Source: a virus
Lineage: Duplodnaviria; Caudoviricetes
Length of the DNA: 64,000 nt
Strand: one strand, 5' to 3'
IMG/VR virus record: IMGVR_UViG_3300037467_001237
Coordinates: 6,370 to 70,369 of that record
In this document: positions 7,963 to 17,905 of the stretch, in pieces
How the letters are laid out: each line of letters opens with the position of its first letter
Numbering within the stretch: the stretch's first letter is position 1
Translations under genes and position numbers: made by a program
The notes under the pieces: model-generated
The model's database searches: none
The model's input: only the letters and a program-made list of their open reading frames with translations
What the model was told of the DNA's origin: nothing

Positions 7963-10682
7963 CAGTCGTCGAACTCCGTCTTGCTGTTGCCGTCATCGCC
8001 GTCGGTGACGGCCGCTCGGTTGATCTCGTGGACGTCGCTCGACGAGCCGGGCGAGCCACCGCGGAGCTGAAGATCGTGGTGTTCCTTCCAGAGGCGCTTG
8101 CCGTCCTCGGTGAGGCGGACGTTGAGAACGTAGCGCTCTCCGCCCGTGAGCTGCGGCCCCTCGACGTCGATGCCGAGGCCGGTGAGCTGGCGGAGGCGGC
8201 TCAGCAGGAACTTGCCACCGGAGGCGCGGGCTTCGTCGCCGTGCTCCGAGCGCTCCCAGCCATTGAAGCAGCAACGCAGATCCGAGCGGGAGACCATGTA
8301 GCCTGGCGCTGCCTCCAGGGCGATGGCCGCCCATTCCGCGACCGGGTTGTTGCCCTGCTTGAACGACTCGATCGCGGCCTTGATCGCGCGCGGCAGGTCG
8401 AACCGCCCGCGGGCGCGCAGTCGCTCCAGCCCGTCGAGCGCCCAGTTCAGGATGCCGGGCATCTCCGTTTCGGCGATGAAGTCCGCGACGTTCCGGTTCT
8501 CCGGCACGCCGAGCGCCACGCGCGCCTTGATCGTGTCCTCTTCCGCGACCACACACTTCATGTCGAGGACGAGGAAGCGGTTGTAGAGGGCGTCGGTCGT
8601 GTCGCGCGCCTTCGGCAGGACGTTGGTCGTGATGAAGATCGGGATCTGGAGCGAGGTCGTGACCTGCGGCAGTCCCTTGCGGTTGATCTCCACGCTCTCG
8701 CCCGTGATCAGCACCTTGAGCCGGGCCGGATCGACCTTGTCGCCTTCAGAGACCGCGTCGTCGCGCACCCAAGCGTCGGCGCCGAGCAACGGCGAGAGGC
8801 CGAAGGCCGTGCTGATGTCGGCGATCGACGGCGAGGCGATCCGCGCGCCGACGAGCTTGCGGAAGATCAGGCTGAGCTGTGTCTTGCCCGACCGGGACGG
8901 CCCGATTGCCAGCAGGCCCTTGCGCTCTTCACGGTGGAGCATGGGGACGCAGAGCGCCGAGCCGAAGAACTCTTGGATCGCGCTGATCACCTTCGCGCGC
9001 TCGTCCTCCGGCAGGTTCAGGAACAGGCTGTCCAGAAACTTGAGGAAGATCGGGCACTTGGCGTCGGGGTCATACATCGTGTCAACCTTCGTCCGGCAGT
9101 AGACATCGGAGCGCCAGGGGCCGAACTCGCGGCCACTCAGGGCGAGCATGCCGTTGGCGAGCACGACGTAGCCGGCGCCGCCCCACGGCACATGCGGTAC
9201 GTACAGGTCCGGGTGCTCGGTGATGCGCTTCCACGCGGCGTTGGCCTCGGACACCTCGCCCGTACAGCCGTAAGCGTCGCACCCGCGCTGGATCAGGGTC
9301 TTGAGGTACTGGTGCTCTGCCGGGCCGGCACAGCGCCATACGCCCTCGGCGTAGAGGTAGATCTCGCCCTCGGTCAGCAGAATATCGCGGTCGCCCGAGC
9401 GGAGCACCTCAATCACCCCGTCGGCGATCATCGGAGAGAGGGCGGGGCCCTTCTTCTTCTTGCCCTTCTCGGCGGGCGCCCGCTTGGCCTTCTCGTCGGC
9501 CAGGGACACGACTTCGGCGCCGACTGCGGAGGACATGCGCCCCTCGACCTCGACGGAGATCGTCTCATCAGCCGGCACAGCGCGGGCCTGGGCCCGCTCG
9601 GCGGAAAGCTGCACGATGTTGGACGGCGCAGTGTCCACGATCGGCTTGGCCGCCCCGAGCGCCGCCTCGATCGTGACATCGCTCGCCAGGCCGGGGTTCT
9701 TGCGCCGGAAGCTGGCGCACTGGTTGCGGATCAGGCGCTCGTCGTGGCGCGCCTTGCGCTCAGGGTAGTCGCCGTCGGCGACGCGGTTGGCGCGCTCGAC
9801 TGCCGGCATCAGGTACTCGACGATGTCCTCGACGCCGACGCCCTTGGACGACAGCGAGGCGGTGAGGCGGCAGAGCGTTTGATTGATCGAGCCGAGCGCG
9901 AGCCCGGCGACCTCGGCCTTGACGTCGAGCGCCGGCTTGTAGCCGTGCTCGGCCGCCACGCGCAGGAACGGGTTGTCAGCCGCCGTCGTGCCGCCGTCAG
10001 CGCGCGGCGCGGCCGGCTTGCGTTTCACGACCGGCGACAGGTTCGCGACCATCTCTTCCAGGTCGTCGATCTCGTAGCGCGGCTCGAACTTGGCTTCGAC
10101 GATCTCGACCGGCTTCCACGCGCCCTTCTTGGTGTTGTGGGTGAACGGCACGCGCAGCAGGCGGGTCGCGTCCTGCACGTCGTCGCCGCCGACAAGCTCG
10201 CCGAGCTGCTCGTTCAGGCGCTCCAGGCGGTAGATGTTCTCGGAGTCCGCCGACAGGCTCTCGGAGAGCAGCCAGTACAGGTGCAGGCCGTTGCCGGAGC
10301 GGATCGTGATCGACGGCGGGTGCGGCAGGTTCCAGACCGCCTCGATCACCTCGTCGAGCGAGCACAGGATTTCCTTGGTGTCGACCTCGGCATGCGCCGT
10401 GACCAGTTCCGCGAGGTTCTCCTTGTTGCGCCGCGATCCGCCGGGGCGGTTCGGCATAGCGCCTTCCTTGATCGTGCCGACGCAGAAGTAGAGGCCGCGC
10501 CCCTTGCGGTCCCAGCGCTGGACGAAGCCGTCGATGGTCGCGGGGTCGCGCGATAGGACTTCCTTGGGGCCCGCCTGGCCCTCGCGCTCATCGGTGTTCG
10601 GTAGGGAGACGAGGAAGACCGGCGCTTCGGAATAGGCTCCGAAAAAGGCGCGCAGGAATTGGGATGGAGTTTCGATCGACAT
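7962..10682 (-). CDS. Primase-helicase (RepB-like primase N-terminus + D5/P4-type SF3 helicase)
   Basis: SGNGLHLYWLL and RLLRVPFTHN primase motifs; Walker A GPSRSGKT, WVRDD, motif C IFITTN. Confidence 0.85.
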   Translation of the reverse strand: MSIETPSQFLRAFFGAYSEAPVFLVSLPNTDEREGQAGPKEVLSRDPATIDGFVQRWDRKGRGLYFCVGTIKEGAMPNRPGGSRRNKENLAELVTAHAEVDTKEILCSLDEVIEAVWNLPHPPSITIRSGNGLHLYWLLSESLSADSENIYRLERLNEQLGELVGGDDVQDATRLLRVPFTHNTKKGAWKPVEIVEAKFEPRYEIDDLEEMVANLSPVVKRKPAAPRADGGTTAADNPFLRVAAEHGYKPALDVKAEVAGLALGSINQTLCRLTASLSSKGVGVEDIVEYLMPAVERANRVADGDYPERKARHDERLIRNQCASFRRKNPGLASDVTIEAALGAAKPIVDTAPSNIVQLSAERAQARAVPADETISVEVEGRMSSAVGAEVVSLADEKAKRAPAEKGKKKKGPALSPMIADGVIEVLRSGDRDILLTEGEIYLYAEGVWRCAGPAEHQYLKTLIQRGCDAYGCTGEVSEANAAWKRITEHPDLYVPHVPWGGAGYVVLANGMLALSGREFGPWRSDVYCRTKVDTMYDPDAKCPIFLKFLDSLFLNLPEDERAKVISAIQEFFGSALCVPMLHREERKGLLAIGPSRSGKTQLSLIFRKLVGARIASPSIADISTAFGLSPLLGADAWVRDDAVSEGDKVDPARLKVLITGESVEINRKGLPQVTTSLQIPIFITTNVLPKARDTTDALYNRFLVLDMKCVVAEEDTIKARVALGVPENRNVADFIAETEMPGILNWALDGLERLRARGRFDLPRAIKAAIESFKQGNNPVAEWAAIALEAAPGYMVSRSDLRCCFNGWERSEHGDEARASGGKFLLSRLRQLTGLGIDVEGPQLTGGERYVLNVRLTEDGKRLWKEHHDLQLRGGSPGSSSDVHEINRAAVTDGDDGNSKTEFDD

Positions 10683-10750
10683 GCGCGCGCCTGGGTGGTG
10701 TTTTAGGCGCGTCGCCAAGGGGTGGAGCCCGAGGCGACGCTGGTTGGGTG

Positions 10751-11485
10751 CTAGAACTCGGCCTTGTGGGACGCCTTGGCGCCCTTGCCCGTCGCGCTCA
10801 CAGGCGCGGCGGGCTCATCGCTAAAAGGGAGGTCGGAATGCTCCTCAGCCTCCGCAGCTTCGGCAGCGAGGGCGTCCTGGAAGGCCGCGTTGTTCGTCCA
10901 GCCGACCAGCTTCAGGACGGGAACCTTGATCCGACCCCGCTCCTTGATCGTGTGCTGGTAGCTGTCGACTTCCAGGGCCACGATCGGCAGGTCACTCGGA
11001 TGCGAGCGCACCCGCTTGCCATACTCGCCGACCAGTTTGGCTACCGCGCCGAGCTGCCCCTTTGAGGAAGCGGAAAACGTGTAGAGCTGGTCGCCCTTTT
11101 CCGCCTTCATGACGAGCACGTTCGTGAACTGCCACGGGTCGCGCGGATTACCCTTCTCGTCGCGGTCCCACTCGTCCTCGTCCATGTCCCCGAGGGCGGC
11201 GCGGGTCGGCGGCACGAAGCTGTCGGCAACGCGCCCCAGGCGGGCGTCGACAGGCTTGCCCCCCTTCCAGCATTGCCAGCCAATTCGCATGTCGGCGACG
11301 TTGACGATGAGGCGAGCCCCGCGGGGCATCTCGTCGCCGTTGCGTCCCGCCAGCCAATCACCTTTGGCAAAGCGCAACAGATCGCCAATGATGCGGTTGT
11401 TGCTAGCCGCCTCGGAGTAGACTTCGAAGGGGTTAGGGGCCGGGGCCACAAGTGCCCCGGAAGTATGGACGGTCATATCGTTCAT
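10751..11485 (-). CDS. Putative ssDNA-binding/recombination protein
   Basis: Lies between exonuclease and primase; acidic C-terminal region ending KAEF. Confidence 0.55.
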   Translation of the reverse strand: MNDMTVHTSGALVAPAPNPFEVYSEAASNNRIIGDLLRFAKGDWLAGRNGDEMPRGARLIVNVADMRIGWQCWKGGKPVDARLGRVADSFVPPTRAALGDMDEDEWDRDEKGNPRDPWQFTNVLVMKAEKGDQLYTFSASSKGQLGAVAKLVGEYGKRVRSHPSDLPIVALEVDSYQHTIKERGRIKVPVLKLVGWTNNAAFQDALAAEAAEAEEHSDLPFSDEPAAPVSATGKGAKASHKAEF

Positions 11486-11514
11486 GAGTTTCTCGTTTCT
11501 CTCTTCTCTGTTCC

Positions 11515-12072
11515 TCAGGAGGCGCCACGATCGCGGGGCGCCCATCTCCCATCAGGGAGTCGGGTGCGCTTCAGGTGCCCCGGACGCTGATTCCGGACCT
11601 GCTCGCTAGGGGTTGCCCATCGACAGTTCTCAGGCGCGTACGGCCCGTTGTTGTCGATGCGGTCAATTGAATGCTTCGGGCTGGGGCGCTCGCCCATGTC
11701 GGCCTCGAAGGCGGCGAAGTCATCGCGCCAGCGATCACACACAAAGATGCCGCGCCCGCCGTAGTTGGCGAATCCAGTGGCGTTCTTGTTGTGGCACCGC
11801 GTCTTCATGCCCATCCAGATACGGTAAAGGTCCGTTTTAGACCCTCTCTTGCTGGAGCCGTGCTTTGTGCAGGCCGCGATGGTGCGCTCTACTTGCAGGC
11901 AGCCGCACGATTGGACCTTACCGTGCATGAGCGCGAACTTGCGGCTGTTGGTAAGGCGACCGCAATCGCATCGGCACAGCCAGACATGCTGATTGCCGGG
12001 CGCGTAGTATGCGAACTGGATTACCGTCAGCCGCCCGTAGCGTTCGCCCGTGATGTCGCGCGCGGTCTTCAT
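11515..12072 (-). CDS. HNH-type homing endonuclease
   Basis: [45 protein letters not shown]. Confidence 0.85.
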   Translation of the reverse strand: MKTARDITGERYGRLTVIQFAYYAPGNQHVWLCRCDCGRLTNSRKFALMHGKVQSCGCLQVERTIAACTKHGSSKRGSKTDLYRIWMGMKTRCHNKNATGFANYGGRGIFVCDRWRDDFAAFEADMGERPSPKHSIDRIDNNGPYAPENCRWATPSEQVRNQRPGHLKRTRLPDGRWAPRDRGAS

Positions 12073-13133
12073 TGTCCGACCTCGCTAATGACGAGCTGGT
12101 CGCCCGGCGCGCCCTGTTTCTGGAACTGAGTGATGTCGATGCCGGCCGCGATGGCGGCTTCCTTGAGGGCGGCATTGTCGAAGCCGGCGCGCGGCTTGGT
12201 CTGGCTCCAGCGCACCTTCACGCCCTCGCCCTCGACCCGACGCGTCCCGACTTCGGCGAGCATGTCGCGCAGGAGCGCCTCGGCGGCGCGGGCATCGGCC
12301 GCGAACTGCTCGGCCTGGGCCTTGAGCGCCTTGGCGTTCTTGGCCTGATTGGCGATCCGCACCGTGTCGGTGATGCCGATCGGCTTCTCCTCGCGCGGCA
12401 CGTAGGCGGAGCGCGCCGATCCGCATGCGCGGGTGAACGCGCAGTAGTCGCAGTCCTTGCCGCCAGCGATGAAGCCTTCCGGCTTCAGGGCCTGCGCGCT
12501 CTGCGCCAGCATGATGTCGCGCGCGCGGAGTTTGGCGGTTTCAAAGACGGCGGGGTCGAACTTCACCACGTATTCGTGGCAGACGTCCCACCAGCCGGCG
12601 TTGATGTACGAGACGACCGCGTACATCGGCTTGTGCTCGGTAAGAGCGCGGAACATGCCGAGCTGCGTGTTTGCCTGGAAAACGTTCTCGGGCTTCGGCA
12701 GATTGCTGACGTCGACACGTTCAGAGATCGACTTGCACTCCAGTGCAATGCAGTCGCTCTCGATGTCCTCGATGCCGAGGTGCTTGAGTGCGTCGCGGGG
12801 CTGGTTGATCAACAGCCCGTCAGGGGTGGCGGAGAGCAGGTCGAGCACCAGCGTGCGCTGATCGTTGTCGGCATAGAGCAGGTCGTTGCCGTAGGCGTGC
12901 ATGAGCGCCGGAGCCCAGAACGACGCCTCGATTACAGTGCCGCGGATCTTGGCGCCGTAGCTGTCGACGTAGTCCGGATCGGGCCGCGGGCTGTCGGGAT
13001 CGTCCGCGTTCTTTTCGAACCACGTCTTCCGAGCGCAGGCGCCGACTGCGCTGGCGCCGACAGTGGCGGAACGCTCCAGGAGCCAGGACTTGTTGGACGC
13101 GGCGGCGTATTGATCTAGGGCTGCTTTGATCAT
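12069..13133 (-). CDS. Cas4-like PD-(D/E)XK exonuclease
   Basis: SAVGAC, PDG, ECKS, QANTQ and C-terminal [10 protein letters not shown] Fe-S cysteines. Confidence 0.8.
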   Translation of the reverse strand: MIKAALDQYAAASNKSWLLERSATVGASAVGACARKTWFEKNADDPDSPRPDPDYVDSYGAKIRGTVIEASFWAPALMHAYGNDLLYADNDQRTLVLDLLSATPDGLLINQPRDALKHLGIEDIESDCIALECKSISERVDVSNLPKPENVFQANTQLGMFRALTEHKPMYAVVSYINAGWWDVCHEYVVKFDPAVFETAKLRARDIMLAQSAQALKPEGFIAGGKDCDYCAFTRACGSARSAYVPREEKPIGITDTVRIANQAKNAKALKAQAEQFAADARAAEALLRDMLAEVGTRRVEGEGVKVRWSQTKPRAGFDNAALKEAAIAAGIDITQFQKQGAPGDQLVISEVGQ

Positions 13134-13582
13134 TTGCCGTCGAGCCCCATAATAGTCTTCAAGGTGTGAAACGCGCGCGGCGCCTGATCCCACAGAGCAT
13201 CTTCAAGTGGACTTAGACCGTTTCTAATGCGAAGATTGACGATCGCTGTATTGATGACCCGCAAAAGCACAAATTTATCATCCACCGACATGGTCTTGAT
13301 CCATTCGGCGCGGGCGACGCGCTCGATCAGCTCGGGCGCGGACTGGAGCGTCATGGTCCGCGCGAAGGACAGCAGGCCCTTGACCTCGGCGCCGACCGGG
13401 CCGGCGAGCAGGCTTTCCCGCTCCCCGCGCTGATGCGCTAGGAATTGGCTGAGGAGGATCCGGTCTTCCTCCTCCTGGGCCTTGTTGGCGCGCGTCGCGG
13501 CGGCCTTGGCGGCGGCCTGCTGGCGCGCCTTCACGGGGCGCGGCGTCTGGGCTTCGGCGAGGGCCTCGAACGGGTTGGTCAT
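13130..13582 (-). CDS. Hypothetical protein (150 aa)
   Basis: MTNPFEALAE start overlapping the upstream stop. Confidence 0.65.
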   Translation of the reverse strand: MTNPFEALAEAQTPRPVKARQQAAAKAAATRANKAQEEEDRILLSQFLAHQRGERESLLAGPVGAEVKGLLSFARTMTLQSAPELIERVARAEWIKTMSVDDKFVLLRVINTAIVNLRIRNGLSPLEDALWDQAPRAFHTLKTIMGLDGK

Positions 13583-13803
13583 GCCCGCGCCCCCGCCTCG
13601 CGAATGCAGCGCCGGGTCTGGCTGCGAATGTTGAGCGCCGCGCGGTGGTCGCTCGGCGAGCCCGCGATGGTGGCGACCATGCGCCGGCCGGCGACCTCGT
13701 AGTGGACGCGCATGTGTTTGGTGCCGCGCGAGACGGTGTAGGGCAGGCCGAACTCCGCCAGGACGGAGATCACGGCGTCGAGGCAGTCGTGGTGGCGGCT
13801 CAT
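13579..13803 (-). CDS. HicA-like small protein
   Basis: SRGTKHMRVHY...TIAGSPSDHRA resembles the HicA dsRBD-like fold. Confidence 0.45.
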   Translation of the reverse strand: MSRHHDCLDAVISVLAEFGLPYTVSRGTKHMRVHYEVAGRRMVATIAGSPSDHRAALNIRSQTRRCIREAGARA

Positions 13804-14090
13804 GCGACGCCCCATTCGGCGTAGATCTGCTCGACCGGGCGGCCGGTCTCGGCAGCCTCAGCACGGGCTTGCCGGCGAAGGCTGGCGCGGCGCGACCGTT
13901 CGCTCACGTACTCGGAGCCCTTGGCCTTCACGTACTGCGCATCCCGCTCGCGGCGCGGGTAGAAGACGACTTCCTTAACCGCGAACCGGAGCCCGCAGGC
14001 GTCGCAGCGCCGAAACGTGACGCCGAGGCCGTCGTCCTGGCGCTTCTGCACGGTCACGCGCGTCTCACTCGAGCACTTCGGGCAGATCAC
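13800..14090 (-). CDS. Zinc-ribbon protein (NrdR N-terminal-like)
   Basis: MICPKC...TFRRCDACGLRF. Confidence 0.6.
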   Translation of the reverse strand: MICPKCSSETRVTVQKRQDDGLGVTFRRCDACGLRFAVKEVVFYPRRERDAQYVKAKGSEYVSERSRRASLRRQARAEAAETGRPVEQIYAEWGVA

Positions 14091-14182
14091 AGTCGCCCCC
14101 GCCACTTCGCCAGCGCGAACCCGGCGATCACGAATAGGGCGTCGAAGCCGATCCAGAGGCCGGCTAAGGTTGGGAGGTCCAT
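14087..14182 (-). CDS. Small membrane protein (31 aa)
   Basis: MDLPTLAGLWIGFDALFVIAGFALAKWRGRL fills the gap between flanking genes. Confidence 0.45.
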   Translation of the reverse strand: MDLPTLAGLWIGFDALFVIAGFALAKWRGRL

Positions 14183-14184
14183 CG

Positions 14185-14607
14185 TCAGAAACCCGTCTCA
14201 ACACGAGGGCGAAGGGGTGCCGAGATCCGCAAGCCGAGCCCGAAGGCGTTGGCGCAGGCGACCGCCTCCTCGACGTTGTCGACGACGGCGACGCGAAAGC
14301 CCCGCTCGCGCAGCTCGGGGACGGCGACTTTCTGGCTGGCGGATAGGGAGTGGAACCGCTCGAACGGGGAGATCGCCCGCTCGCGGACCTGGATCTTGGC
14401 CTTCGTCTCGATGAAGAACATCGCGGCGCGGCGGCCGAAGATCGACACATCGGGGTAGCCGGCCCAGGTGCCGGTGTCCTTCAGTTCAAAGGCTTCGGTG
14501 CGGGTGCGGTAGCCGCCGTTGTTGTTCGCCGCGCAGCGGCAGTCGAACAGCTTCGGCAGCGTCCGCACGATCTGGGCTTGGATCGGGGACTCGGGACCGC
14601 GCCCCAT
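14185..14607 (-). CDS. VRR-NUC domain nuclease
   Basis: ESPIQAQI, GYPDV, FFIETKAK, SQK...LRERGFRVAVV. Confidence 0.8.
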   Translation of the reverse strand: MGRGPESPIQAQIVRTLPKLFDCRCAANNNGGYRTRTEAFELKDTGTWAGYPDVSIFGRRAAMFFIETKAKIQVRERAISPFERFHSLSASQKVAVPELRERGFRVAVVDNVEEAVACANAFGLGLRISAPLRPRVETGF

Positions 14608-15044
14608 CACGCGGCCTCGCAGACGAAGGGCAGGTACTCGACGCCGGCTTCCGCGAACATCACGCGGGCGGCCTCGAACTCTACGGATGGCATAGAGGTG
14701 GTGCCGGGGCCGTAGATCACCTTTGTGATACCGGCCTGGATGAGGGTGCGCGCGCAGGCTGAGCAGCACGAGTGGGTGACGTAGAGGTGGCACCCGTCCG
14801 TCCGGATGCCGAGCCGCGCCGCGAAGCTCACGGCGTTCGTTTCAGCGTGGCTCGCGTACAGGTATTTCGCCGGCCGCTCGAAGCGCTCCGGAAGGTCGCG
14901 CACACCAGCGGGCGGCCCATTGAAAGCCGGCAGTAAGCATGTCTTACCGTCTGGGGCGATCAGGGCCGCACCGACCTTGGTCGTGTCCTTCGACTTCTTG
15001 GCGGCCTGCTCGGCGTAACCGTAGAGGAACTCGGCCCATTCCAT
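14607..15044 (-). CDS. dCMP deaminase (zinc-dependent)
   Basis: KVGAAL, FNGPP, HAE and CCSAC motifs. Confidence 0.88.
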   Translation of the reverse strand: MEWAEFLYGYAEQAAKKSKDTTKVGAALIAPDGKTCLLPAFNGPPAGVRDLPERFERPAKYLYASHAETNAVSFAARLGIRTDGCHLYVTHSCCSACARTLIQAGITKVIYGPGTTSMPSVEFEAARVMFAEAGVEYLPFVCEAA

Positions 15045-15157
15045 CCCTAAATGCCTTTTTACTCTGGAAAGGGGCCCGGAACCGAAGCTCCGGGCCAAGT
15101 CTAGGGAGGAAACGCCCAGAAGGGCTGCCACTAGGGCCTATTGAGCTGTCAAATCCG

Positions 15158-15409
15158 TCAGGTTTTGACAGCAAGCTCGACGACGACTACATATTCGGAG
15201 GGGATCGCCTCCCAAATCAGTAAATCCGGGTCGTATCCGGCCTGAATTAGCGCCGGATACAAGCCATGGAACGCATGCGCGGGAAGGCGGTTAAGCTTGC
15301 GGCGGTTCGAGACCCACGCCTTCGATCGCGCGACGATCTCGGCGGCGGCGGCAGTGCCACCAACGGCGTCGAACGCTTCGGCAGGAGTGGTAATCCGTTT
15401 TAGCATCAT
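15158..15409 (-). CDS. Cro-like HTH regulator
   Basis: AFDAVGGTAAAAEIVARSKAWVSNRR; divergent from the repressor. Confidence 0.7.
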   Translation of the reverse strand: MMLKRITTPAEAFDAVGGTAAAAEIVARSKAWVSNRRKLNRLPAHAFHGLYPALIQAGYDPDLLIWEAIPSEYVVVVELAVKT

Positions 15410-15500
15410 GAAACTGATATCAGGATCATGATTAAGGTGCAAGAGGCCAACGCGCGGCCAAAGAGGGGTATGGCTATGGTTTCCTTTTTTGAAACTGATA
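15410..15500. promoter_or_regulatory. Lysis/lysogeny switch region with operator-like motifs
   Basis: ATATCAGGATCATGA 15417-15431, palindrome CTGATATCAG 15414-15423, GAAACTGATA at 15410 and 15491. Confidence 0.6.
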
Positions 15501-15559
15501 GGGTGCGAAGCACTCCACTGCCGCTGGCGATTCGCGGCGGGCGGGCGCATATTTTGGAA

Positions 15560-15946
15560 ATGGCAAAGAGAGAGATGCCTGTGATCGACACGGATTTTCC
15601 GCCGACGTCGAGCGAGGCGGTGGCCGCCCGTCTGCGCATCCTGCGCGAAGCGATGGGCTACCCACTTCAGCAGGATTGGTGCGAGGCCGTCGGGCTCAAG
15701 CAGCCGGCCTGGTCGCAGTGGGAGAGAGGCGTTCACCGAATCGCCTCGGACGCGGCGGTCACGCTCTGCGATCGGTTCAGCGGCCTGACGACGGATTGGA
15801 TCTACCGCGGCCTCGACGAGACGCTCCCGCGATCATACCAAGACAGGATCCGGGAAGCTCGGGAGACGCGTCGGCGCCGCCGGGATATGCTGAGCGGCGC
15901 GCCCGTCAGGCCGAGCGTGCCGAAGACTATGGCGAGCGCGCGCTAG
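15560..15946 (+). CDS. CI-like XRE repressor (no S24 peptidase domain seen)
   Basis: RLRILREAMG...QDWCEAVGLKQPAWSQWERG, TDWIYRG. Confidence 0.85.
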   Translation: MAKREMPVIDTDFPPTSSEAVAARLRILREAMGYPLQQDWCEAVGLKQPAWSQWERGVHRIASDAAVTLCDRFSGLTTDWIYRGLDETLPRSYQDRIREARETRRRRRDMLSGAPVRPSVPKTMASAR

Positions 15947-16323
15947 GCCGCCCCGCCCCTGACCACGCGAAGCAGCTCGCGGATCGGGGCCGGCTCCCCG
16001 CCGCCGTTCGTCTGACTCCAGAGCCGCTGAATGTCCGAGATGAAGTACCTGATCACGTGCTCCAGGATGGCGCGCGTCTCTTCGTACTCGCCCCGTGGGA
16101 TGCGCCCGACCAGTTCCATGGCCCCGTCCGCGATCCCGTGATCGATCGTCTCGGTCGCGAGCGCGTCGAGGACGGAGGTGTCGAGGTTGAGGTGCTCGCC
16201 CCAGCACTCGGCATAATTGCTGTCGATGATCCAGATCGCGCGGAGGAGCATGGCCGCCGCCTTCGGGAAGTTGTCGATCGGAAGAGAGCCGACGATGTGG
16301 TATGCGGTCCGAACCCGGATCAT
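15943..16323 (-). CDS. Hypothetical protein
   Basis: ORF convergent with the repressor. Confidence 0.55.
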   Translation of the reverse strand: MIRVRTAYHIVGSLPIDNFPKAAAMLLRAIWIIDSNYAECWGEHLNLDTSVLDALATETIDHGIADGAMELVGRIPRGEYEETRAILEHVIRYFISDIQRLWSQTNGGGEPAPIRELLRVVRGGAA

Positions 16324-16584
16324 TTCCTCTCGCTCCGATACGTTTCTCATTATAGGAACAAACAGAGAACACTCAATGGGTCAGAAGGTCCGGTCGCTCG
16401 GGCCTGTGGACAGTTAGTGGTTTGCTGGACGCCAACTGCTTAGGTCGACTCCGGGCTATGCCAATTTTATAACCATCACAAGTTGATCCCGGGGACCCAG
16501 CCGCATACCGCGAGTGGTGGGCGCAATATGTCACACCGCCGTGAGGCCGTGGAAGTAGGCTTGGCCCTTTTCGCGATATTTTTT

Positions 16585-16634
16585 TCATGACCCTGATATG
16601 GGGCTTGCGCTGTTTCAGGATCCTGAACTAGTAT
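16585..16634 (+). promoter_or_regulatory. Operator plus putative rightward early promoter
   Basis: TCATGACCCTGATAT 16585-16599; TTGCGC-N18-TAGTAT enclosing palindrome TTCAGGATCCTGAA 16614-16627. Confidence 0.55.
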
Positions 16635-16675
16635 CACGGAACTGATAGCGCAATCGCCTTCCAGAGCCCCTCCAC

Positions 16676-17627
16676 ATGCCCGTGACCCAGAGAGAGCGCC
16701 GCATCGCCGACGCTCACGACCGCCTTTGCGACACCAGCGCGACACTCTGCGCCCTCCACATCGCGGACCCTCGGGACATCACCGCCACGCTCAAGGCGGT
16801 CGACACGGCCCTCGTCAGCCTCAACCAGGCCCGAAATCTCCTCTGGCTGGCCCGTAGAAACGACGAAGTCCGCATTTTGGTCTCAGACGTTTTGAGCGCG
16901 CGCCCTCCGTGCGCCGCGGATGATGAACACCGCCTGACGAAATCAGACCTGATTTAATCCGGGCCTTTAATCGCGAGCGACCCCGTGACGCAATAACAGG
17001 GTTGCGACACCAGCCCTGCAAAATCTTCCGAGCACAAACATACATTAATAAAGGATGAGCAGATGACCCGCGAGCCGCACGGGAATCAATACCATTCCGG
17101 CATCAGCCGATGCTCAAATCGCATCGATCTGTCGTCCGACGTTTTAGAGGCGCTGGTCGAGGCGCGGGACGCGTTCGGCGCGATCCCGCTGACCACCAAC
17201 GCGATCAGCGGCGTCGCCCTGTCGGATGAGGCGCGCAAGCGCGTCCGGCGCGCCAAGCTGGCGGTCGAGCGCGCGCTGTCCGTCACGGGAGACGCCGATG
17301 CCCGGTGACGCTCGCATGCCCCTGATCCTCTGGGCCAGCCGCGTCGAGTACGGGGAGCTGATCTCCGCGCTCGGAGCCGATGACAGCTTCCACGAGATCC
17401 TGCGCCGGGTCGTGCTGGCGCACCAGGAGCGCGTCGCGAGCGTGACGTTCACGATCGCCCAAGCCGACGCCGAGCGGATCACCGACAGCCTCGACATCTC
17501 GGACTTCCCCGATGTCGCCGACCTCGTCGAGCAGATGCGCGAGCAGCTCGACTGGCTGCGGCGCAACCAGAACATCACCGCCAAGCGCTTCGCGCTGCCG
17601 AACGTCGGCACGTTCTTCGGAGATTGA
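16676..17627 (+). other. Three early hypothetical ORFs (16676-16957, 17063-17308, 17316-17627)
   Basis: Co-oriented ORFs upstream of the first pentamer array. Confidence 0.55.
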
Positions 17628-17641
17628 GGGAGGCAGCAACC

Positions 17642-17893
17642 TTGCCCACCGGCCGACGCATCGAGGTGCGCCGCCCGGTGGGCAACCACCACGGCGCAGC
17701 TCTGCGCGGCGCTCCGCGTCGCCACGCATCACTTCGCATCGCAGCGCTACGCAACGCAACGCAACGGGTGCCCAGCACCGGCCGCCTCAGAAATGGGGCG
17801 GCCCATGGTGGGCAACCACCACCGTCGCCACGCAGCGCGACGCCGCGCCCCGCATCACAACGCAACTCACCGCAACACAACGCAACGTCCTAA
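17642..17893 (+). ncRNA. CGC-NN pentamer array A (two guide-like tracts, 17690-17766 and 17821-17887) with structured module 17767-17820
   Basis: Phased units such as cac-gg cgc-ag ctc-tg cgc-gg cgc-tc cgc-gt; 54-nt module repeated at 18552 and 18672. Confidence 0.8.
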
Positions 17894-17905
17894 AGGAAGA
17901 TCATC

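Noticed and set aside
8028-10556. Long plus-strand ORFs antisense to real genes (also 52714-54537, 58688-60331, 61109-63139, 43272-44624)
   Set aside because: Shadow frames produced by high-GC codon bias opposite motif-bearing genes.
15449-15480. Partial gapped match of guide 51605-51679 (aa ag gg at) to the cro/cI intergenic region
   Set aside because: Only four consecutive dinucleotides match and the flanks fail; this is expected by chance in a window of this size.
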